Virus record (IMG/VR): IMGVR_UViG_3300021379_000006
Location: 32,001-96,000 of that record
From: a virus
DNA length: 64,000 nucleotides
Strand: one strand, 5' to 3'
A model generated the notes under the pieces. The model made no database searches and was not told the DNA's origin. It worked only from the letters and a program-made list of their open reading frames with translations. Of the stretch, positions 1-7,100 are shown in pieces; position 1 is the first letter of the stretch, and the number at the start of each line of letters is the position of its first letter. The position numbers and the translations under genes are program-made.

Positions 1-2
1 AT

Positions 3-1214
3 GATACAGTTGTTGATGTCTGCAAACAATCAGAAGCAAGACGTGGTGCTTGTGCTGCTTGGTTACCAGTAGAACATCCTGATATCATAGAGTTCTTAGA
101 TATTGGCAGTGAAGGAAATCCAATTCAAAATCTTCAATATGGTATTACAGTAACTGATGCCTGGTTGCAAGAAATGAAAGATGGAGACGCTGATAAACGT
201 AAGATATGGGCAAAGATCATTCAAAGACGTAATGAGTTTGGCTTCCCTTATATTATGTTTAAAGATAACTCTAATAACAACTCTCCTTACAAAGAGTTAG
301 GTCTAGAGATTACAGCATCAAACCTTTGTTCTGAAATACAACTTCCAACAGATAGTTATAACTCTTTTGTTTGTTGTCTTGGTTCTATGAACTTATTGCA
401 TTGGGATGAGATCAAAGAAACAGACGCAATTGAAACATACGTTCTGTTTCTTAACGCAGTAATGGATGAGTTTATTACTAAGTCTTCTACTTTACCCGGC
501 TTAAAAAGAGCTCATAGATTTGCAAGTCAACATAGAGCTATTGGCTTAGGTGTATTGGGATACCACTCATACTTTCAATCTAAGCTAATTGAGTTTGAAT
601 CTCTTGAAGCTAAGATGCTTAACAATCAGATTTTCAGTACACTAAAGAAAAGAAGTGAAGAAGCATCTCAATGGTTGCATCAATTCAAAGGATATCAATG
701 TTTAAGAGAAGGATTTGCTAATACAACATTGTTAGCCATTGCTCCTACAAAATCAAGTAGTTTTATTCATGGTCAAGTATCTATGGGTATTGAACCCATC
801 AAGTCTAATTACTTTATTAAAGATTTAGCTAAGAGTAAAACAGTATATAAGAATCCTTTCTTAGAAGCTGAACTTGAGAAGTATGATCTAAATACAGAAG
901 AAGTTTGGGAAGATATCTTAAAGAAAGATGGATCTGTTCAGCATTTAGATTTTCCAACCAAAGCTGTATTTAAATCTTTTATTGAGATTAGTCCAAAAGA
1001 ACTTGTTCTGCAGGCAGCTCAAAGACAAAAGTATATTGATCAGGCACAGTCATTAAATCTAATGATTCACCCTAGTGTATCTGCTAAAGATATAAATCAA
1101 TTATATCTGTACGCTCATGAAGAAGGTGTGAAGACTTTATACTATCAGTTTAGTCAAAGTTCTGCTCAAGCATTCTCTAGAAATATTCTTGAGTGTGCTA
1201 GTTGTGAAGGATAA
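3..1214 (+). CDS. nrdA: Ribonucleotide reductase class I large (alpha) subunit, 5' end outside window
   Basis: The frame is open from base 3 (DTVVDVCKQSEARRGACAAWL..HPDI.EFL). Motifs: SNLCSEI (thiyl-radical Cys), CCLGSMNL, RAIGLGVLG, LAIAPTKSSS, IDQAQSLNL, KTLYY, C-terminal CASC redox pair. Confidence 0.95.
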   Translation, partial: DTVVDVCKQSEARRGACAAWLPVEHPDIIEFLDIGSEGNPIQNLQYGITVTDAWLQEMKDGDADKRKIWAKIIQRRNEFGFPYIMFKDNSNNNSPYKELGLEITASNLCSEIQLPTDSYNSFVCCLGSMNLLHWDEIKETDAIETYVLFLNAVMDEFITKSSTLPGLKRAHRFASQHRAIGLGVLGYHSYFQSKLIEFESLEAKMLNNQIFSTLKKRSEEASQWLHQFKGYQCLREGFANTTLLAIAPTKSSSFIHGQVSMGIEPIKSNYFIKDLAKSKTVYKNPFLEAELEKYDLNTEEVWEDILKKDGSVQHLDFPTKAVFKSFIEISPKELVLQAAQRQKYIDQAQSLNLMIHPSVSAKDINQLYLYAHEEGVKTLYYQFSQSSAQAFSRNILECASCEG

Positions 1215-1250
1215 ATATATCATTAAATCTTAATGATGCACAAAACATCA

Positions 1251-1288
1251 AGGGGTCAGTCGCATAAGTGGCTGGCCCTTCTTGTTTT
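1251..1288 (+). terminator. Rho-independent terminator after nrdA
   Basis: AGGGGTCAGTCGC-ATAA-GTGGCTGGCCCTT forms a 13-bp stem with G-U pairs, followed by CTTGTTTT. Confidence 0.75.
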
Positions 1289-1300
1289 AGAGGTATAAAA

Positions 1301-1315
1301 TTTGTATATTATTAT
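1301..1315 (+). promoter_or_regulatory. Recurrent putative phage promoter motif TTGTATATTA
   Basis: TTTGTATATTATTAT lies directly upstream of the ATG at 1316. The same motif occurs upstream of several minus-strand genes. Confidence 0.55.
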
Positions 1316-1426
1316 ATGGATGCACACAAATTTTTTAAAACTGAAGAATTTAAATCTTTAAGTTGGCCTAAAAGAATATGGCTACGCTTACAGGTGGCAT
1401 TCTTTGAAACTATACAAATGTTATGA
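1316..1426 (+). CDS. Small 36-aa protein (not in ORF track)
   Basis: MDAHKFFKTEEFKSLSWPKRIWLRLQVAFFETIQML. It fills the gap after the promoter motif, and its TGA overlaps the next ATG (ATGA at 1423-1426). Confidence 0.65.
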   Translation: MDAHKFFKTEEFKSLSWPKRIWLRLQVAFFETIQML

Positions 1427-1611
1427 AAAAGATTACCTCTGTAAGAGCAGTATATTTATTAATGTCTCTTGTTTTATTAGCTGGTTTTTTATTTAAAAAC
1501 TGGTATGTAATATTATTTGTAGTTGTTATGCTACAAGTAGGTGTATGGACAAAATTCTGTCCTAGCAAATGGCTCTTTGAAAAACTAGGATTCCGTAAGA
1601 GTGATTTGTAA
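1423..1611 (+). CDS. Small two-TM membrane protein, YgaP/DUF2892-like
   Basis: Two hydrophobic helices followed by G-x-x-x-x-FCP, resembling the conserved CP motif of DUF2892/DUF4395 proteins. Confidence 0.6.
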   Translation: MKKITSVRAVYLLMSLVLLAGFLFKNWYVILFVVVMLQVGVWTKFCPSKWLFEKLGFRKSDL

Positions 1612-2516
1612 TGAGTGTATTGGATGGAATATCTATAAGAAGTAGAATATGTCTGCTCTGTGCTACACTGATTATGTTGACATTCTTTGTCTTCAAAACA
1701 TTAGTAGTATTTAGATATATACATCATAGCACATTCACTCATTACTTTGAGTGGTTATCTGTTATTGCTTTCATGCCTCCTTTCTTTGTTGTAGTTCGTG
1801 AGTTTCTGCAAAACAAAGAACAGATTAAAGATAGCCTATCTCAGAAGAACATATACCTAGAACATGCCGCAAAAATCATTAGACATGATATGCACAGTGG
1901 TATCAATACTTACTTACCGAGAGGGATCAAGTCCCTTAACCGCAGACTTACTGAAGAAAGTATTGAAGAACTCAGAATTAAAGCACCATTGCAGTTAATA
2001 AGAGATGGTCTACACCATGCTCAAAAAGTGTATGCTGGTGTATATGAGTTTACCAATCTGGTAAAAGAGAACGCTGTTTTAAACACAAAGCCTTGTAATC
2101 CTAAAGAGATTTTAGAAGATTATTTAAAGCTGACAGCATATAAAAATCAAGTAATAATTGATGACTCTGTACCAGAACGGCTGGAATTAAATGAAGCTTT
2201 GTTCTGTACAGCCATAGATAACTTAATCCGTAATGGATTAAAATATAATGATAGTCCTACTAAATGGGTTAAGATTTATCATGAAGGGTCGTACCACAAA
2301 GGATCTTTTATTGTAGTAGAAGATAATGGGCGTGGTATCACACAAGAAGAATTTATAGAATTAAGCAAGCCTTATTCCAGAAAAGAAGGTCAAAAAGAAC
2401 AAGGTACTGGATTAGGTCTAAACATATGTATTGAAATATTAAAAGAACACGGATTTAAAATATCCGCAGAAAAGAAAGAAAAAGAAACCGGAACCAAAAT
2501 AAAAATTGAATTATGA
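1611..2516 (+). CDS. Membrane sensor histidine kinase
   Basis: Two N-terminal TM helices; H-box IIRHDMHS (H92); N-box IDNLIRNGLKY; G1 VEDNGRGI; F-box SKPYSR; G2 GTGLGLNIC; terminal GTKIKIEL. Confidence 0.92.
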   Translation: MSVLDGISIRSRICLLCATLIMLTFFVFKTLVVFRYIHHSTFTHYFEWLSVIAFMPPFFVVVREFLQNKEQIKDSLSQKNIYLEHAAKIIRHDMHSGINTYLPRGIKSLNRRLTEESIEELRIKAPLQLIRDGLHHAQKVYAGVYEFTNLVKENAVLNTKPCNPKEILEDYLKLTAYKNQVIIDDSVPERLELNEALFCTAIDNLIRNGLKYNDSPTKWVKIYHEGSYHKGSFIVVEDNGRGITQEEFIELSKPYSRKEGQKEQGTGLGLNICIEILKEHGFKISAEKKEKETGTKIKIEL

Positions 2517-2950
2517 TTAATACACTTATGTTAATTGATGATGAGAACCTCTTCCACTTGGTGTTTGAAGATGCTTGCTCATTGTTGGATATGGCCCTAT
2601 CTATAGAAGCATTGGATAGCTCTGATGAAGCTGATGCTAAATTTAAAAAATGGTTTCCTGATGATCCAGATCATGAGAGACCAGAATGTGTATTTGTAGA
2701 CCTTAATATCATTGGATCTTCTTATGATGGCATTGAAATGATTCGTAAAGTAAATTATGAATATGGCAATGGATGTGTTATTGGTATTATATCAAGCTCA
2801 TCTGATACAGAAGAAATAGACAAAGCTAAAGCTGTTGGAGCGCAGTTTTGGATTATAAAGTCTGATGACATTGAACCACGTCTTGAAGAATTTATGAAAG
2901 ACTATGATGGTTATCTAAATAAGACCGCTCCGTTTAAAATATATAGGTGA
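2513..2950 (+). CDS. Single-domain response regulator (CheY/Rcp1-like receiver)
   Basis: Acidic pocket LIDDE (D9,D10), phospho-acceptor FVDLN (D63), DG, ISSS (S94), GAQFWIIK (K116). No output domain. Confidence 0.9.
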   Translation: MINTLMLIDDENLFHLVFEDACSLLDMALSIEALDSSDEADAKFKKWFPDDPDHERPECVFVDLNIIGSSYDGIEMIRKVNYEYGNGCVIGIISSSSDTEEIDKAKAVGAQFWIIKSDDIEPRLEEFMKDYDGYLNKTAPFKIYR

Positions 2951-3528
2951 TAGAGATTACAGAACATACAAGAAACATTTTATTAGAAGTTGCTAAGAAG
3001 AAAAAAATCTATGTAGAAGGCAGCTTTCTAAAACTATTACGTGCACCTAAAGATGATAAGGAGTTTGCAGAATATCTTGCTTTATGTAAAAAGAAAGATA
3101 CTGAAGCTCGTAAAAAAAGATTACAAGTAACCAAACAAGTTCAATCTCAAAATAAAGAATTAGAAGCAGCTGCTGCAGAGAATGAAAAGCTTATGGCTGA
3201 TCTCAAAGATGCATTAGAAGAATCTAATGAACTCAGAGCTCAAGCAGAACAAAGCATGGACAAAGCTTTACAAGATTTAGACTTGATGCAAAAACGTAGT
3301 CAGTTTGAACTTATAGGTACTATTGTAAGAGTAGCACTTGTTATAATTGTAGGTGTGGGTGTTCTTACTACTGTAATGTATGGCCTTGCTTTGGTGTCAG
3401 GCACTGATACTCAGATAATTGGAAGCACTTGGTCTAATATGTTTGGTATACTCTTAACTAATGCATTTTCTATTGTAGGTACTATAATGGGTGTAAAGTA
3501 TGCAACTGAAAAATCGGAGGAAAAATGA
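2947..3528 (+). CDS. Coiled-coil protein with two C-terminal TM helices (holin-like or membrane effector, unproven)
   Basis: GTG start overlaps the receiver stop. Charged N-terminus, long heptad coiled coil, two hydrophobic segments and a short charged tail. Confidence 0.6.
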   Translation: MIEITEHTRNILLEVAKKKKIYVEGSFLKLLRAPKDDKEFAEYLALCKKKDTEARKKRLQVTKQVQSQNKELEAAAAENEKLMADLKDALEESNELRAQAEQSMDKALQDLDLMQKRSQFELIGTIVRVALVIIVGVGVLTTVMYGLALVSGTDTQIIGSTWSNMFGILLTNAFSIVGTIMGVKYATEKSEEK

Positions 3529-4106
3529 AAAAGTATTTTAATAGTATACAATCTGTAGCAATAGCTGTATTGATTATTGTCATATTACTTATGAGATCTT
3601 GTGATAAGCAAGATCCTGTAGAGCCTATAATTATTACAAAGGTTGAAACCGTCTTTGATACAATCACTAAAGAAGTACCTGTTTACGTACCTAAATACGT
3701 ACAGAAAATAGAATACATTCATGACACTATTGTGGATAGCACGCCCATTGATACTGCATCTATACTAAAAGATTACTTTGCTACTTATGTATACCAAGAC
3801 AATCAGGAACTTGATAGTCTTACCTTAACTATAATTGATTCAGTATCACAAAATAAAATTTTTGCACGCACTATACAGTATGATCTTATCTATCCAACAA
3901 CTACAATCACAAAAGAAATCTATCTAAATCAAAGAGAGTTTTACTGGGGGATAGGAATGCAAGGTAGAACTGATCAACTTAACTATGTTGGTGGTGAATT
4001 ACTATATAGGAACAAAAAGAAACAAGCATATGGTCTTGGTGTAGGCATAAACCAAGATCTTCAGCCTGTAGTATCCGGAAAGCTTTACTGGAAAATAGGA
4101 AAGTAA
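3525..4106 (+). CDS. N-terminally anchored periplasmic/outer-membrane protein, possibly spanin-like
   Basis: N-terminal TM ending in LLMRSC (possible lipobox), DT-rich stalk, C-terminal amphipathic beta strands ending in LYWKIGK. Confidence 0.55.
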   Translation: MKKYFNSIQSVAIAVLIIVILLMRSCDKQDPVEPIIITKVETVFDTITKEVPVYVPKYVQKIEYIHDTIVDSTPIDTASILKDYFATYVYQDNQELDSLTLTIIDSVSQNKIFARTIQYDLIYPTTTITKEIYLNQREFYWGIGMQGRTDQLNYVGGELLYRNKKKQAYGLGVGINQDLQPVVSGKLYWKIGK

Positions 4107-4107
4107 C

Positions 4108-4171
4108 GGCTAGGTTGCTAGAGGTTGGGGCTTCAACCCACTTGGCTTATCACTCCCTCTACAACCCAGCT
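4108..4171. other. GC-rich structured intergenic element
   Basis: On the minus strand, GCTGGGTTG-TAGAGG pairs with CCTCTA-G-CAACCTAGC (15 bp, one bulge) and encloses an inner hairpin. Confidence 0.4.
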
Positions 4172-4172
4172 C

Positions 4173-4198
4173 AAACAAATCACCGTCTATAGGTGATT
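4173..4198 (-). terminator. Putative terminator of the leftward virion operon
   Basis: AATCACC-TATAGAC-GGTGATT hairpin followed by TGTTT on the minus strand, overlapping the stop codon. Confidence 0.5.
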
Positions 4199-7100
4199 AT
4201 TTAACATAAAACTCTCTTTCTTGATCAAAGTTCTGCCATCTCTGTATTGTGTACAAGAAAGGTAATACGTCATTCCATTCTTTAGACATTTTAAGATCGC
4301 CTTTTCTTTTACCTCTTTGATAGACAACCTCTTTATTTTTTCTAAACTCTTTATCATCTAAGAACAAACCATATATCGCAGTTTGTCCTGTTGAATATAC
4401 AGCTTCTGAGAACTGACCAAGAACGTTAGCTGATGCAATTGGATTCTTAATTAATTGATAAGCCTGTGGCCAACCAACAACTGGCCAGAAAGCATAAAGT
4501 TCTTTTGATGCTCTATCTGCATTGTACTTTAAAAGGTTTTTCAATCTCTTTTCAATTTCACCATCATCATCATCGGTTGCAAGTACACCACCTAAGAGCT
4601 CAGTTAATGCCCATATAGTTAATACTAAACCAATTTCTCCCATTGTAGTATAAGCACCTGTAATTTTATTTTTGATACGTTGCTCCACGTGACCATAGTT
4701 TATACCCTCTTCTCTTGCAAAATCTTCTGCAAGTTTTTCAGCATAAACCTTATTTAAGTTTTTGATATCTGATAGATTTTTAAACGCAAACGCAAAGAAA
4801 CTGGTAAAAGATCTATAACGTCCCTCTACCCAACCTAAGTTCTCATCGTATTGCTCTCTTCTCATTCTAGATTTGATTGAAGGAGCAACCCATTTTTTAA
4901 ACTGTACGGCAAGCTTACCAAGAAAATGTGATTGCATAACCATTCTATCTGCTCGTGCATAGCTACCATGAATTCTTTTATTAACCTCTCTAATTTGATT
5001 GCGTAGCTTATATCTATATTGATCATTCCACTCAACCTCATTACCATTCATATCATAGATTTTATATTTTGGATCTATGACAATTGTTTGATTTTTACTG
5101 TCCCATGTAGATGCTTCATAAAGGTTTACTTCATTTCCGTTTTCATCCACTGCTTTATGTGAGGCTACGATTGCCATACCAATTTTAGTTTGAACATTAT
5201 ATTCAAAACTATCATTAAGCAAATAGAACCAGCTACCAGCCTTTTGAAAGTAGCTATCTTGATCCGTTTCTCTGATCTCTGTTTTGCTATCCATCATACG
5301 GAGTACATCAACCCAACCCTCCCATTTAGTCATGGGTTTTTTAGGATCATAGTAACCTTTCTTACCATCAAGTATATACCCAGTTCTTCTAACTGATTTT
5401 GCTAGCACCTGCTCAACATTAAATTCTTTTTTCATCTGAAGGTATGCTCTCCTTTTAAAGAACCTACCACCCATGACTTCAATTGTGTTATTTAATAAAC
5501 CAATTGTAAGGTTATTAATGTTACCCAAAGGGTTTGTTGCTACATATGCAAAGGAAGAGTAACCCATTAATAGACCAGACATTTTTTCTAATGCAGTCTG
5601 AGTAAGATTTTCATTGTCATAGAAAACCATTCTAGCCCATTTTTTTATTCTCTTTTGAATATTGCTTTCAAGATCGTTTTCTCTATTACCAACAGGAACC
5701 ATCTTTCTAACCTTACTTGCACCAGAAACAATTGCATCTCCCACAACGCTAACAACATTATCTGATTTTGCTTCTGGAGCAAGAACTTCTCTTTTATCAG
5801 ACACCTTAATAAAAGAAGTAACAATATCTTCAATTGTAGACATGACTTCAAAGTTTTCAGCCATCGTATTAAACTTAAGAAGACTTGTTCCAAGATCAGT
5901 GTTTAGTGTTTCTCTTGTAGGTTTTTTTCTTAGTCTTTTTTCCTCTACATCTAAAATATCCATCTTATTTCTATATTCTGTTTTAGATATAGCTTTAGAA
6001 TCTAATCTGGTTTTTAGTAAAGTTCTCTTCTCTTCAATCTTTTCAAGATCTTTTTCTGTAGCTAAATTGCCTGTGTAATAAATAGGAAGAGTATTTACAA
6101 TTTCACCTTTCTCATTTACCACAACTCTTCTATAACTACCTGTTTCCTTAAAGAAGTCACCAACATTTCTCTTCATCTTAGCAAACATCTTAGCTACAAC
6201 AGGACCTTCTCTTTTGATTTTGTTTGCAAGAATTGTTGGTATTCTACCAGCCATTTGTTCCATTACATTAGGTGGAAGTTTTTTAGTTAGCTCCTCCATT
6301 GTCTCAACATAGAATTGATAGAACTCTCTTCTTGCAATAGATAACTCATCTTCTACTGCAGGATTCATTATAGCATCATACTTTTCATTAAGCATGCTGA
6401 CCTTTTTACCATTTACAGTAGCCTGAGCTTTTGCATATCTATATTTATTGTGGGGTACCCAAATTTGACCTGGTGATAAAGTTCCTGTAGGTTCACCATT
6501 TTTCTTATCCATAAAGAAAGTTTCTTTGTACTCACCATAGGTTTGTCTAAACTTTCTCCAAGATTTGGCATCTACAGATCGTTTCTTTTTCCAAATAACA
6601 AAACCACTTGCTGTTATTTCAGGTCTTTCATACTTTGCTCTTAAAGTTTTAAACTCTTCTGTGTATGCATGATAATTTCCATCTACAATATCACCTTCGC
6701 TAGTACCTCTCTCTGCTCTCCAGAATCTAGCATTTTCTTGTTTTAGCTCATAAAGCTTCTTATTATATGCTAACTCTTCTGGCGTAGCTTCATCCTCATT
6801 GAACTTTTCAATGTATTCCATTCTATTACCATCTTCATCAAACAGTAAGTCTCTAAGTTCTTTGATCTTATTATAGTATTGAGGACCCAATCTCTGAACA
6901 ATATATCCAGTTGGTAAACCAGCCTCATCAAACTCTAACATAAAGTTATAAAGATCTTCCGGTTTTGTACTTGGATCTAACTTAGCAAGCTTACCAGCAA
7001 CAGCTCTAATTTTATTTTCTCTTGCTTGTGCTTTATCTAAGTATTCTTGCTCTTTAGCTTTATATATCTTATCTAATACAGCAAGTAGGGTGTCTCTATT

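Noticed and set aside
165-167. ORF-track TTG start for nrdA
   Set aside because: The frame is open to the window edge with conserved RNR sequence, so the gene starts upstream of the window.
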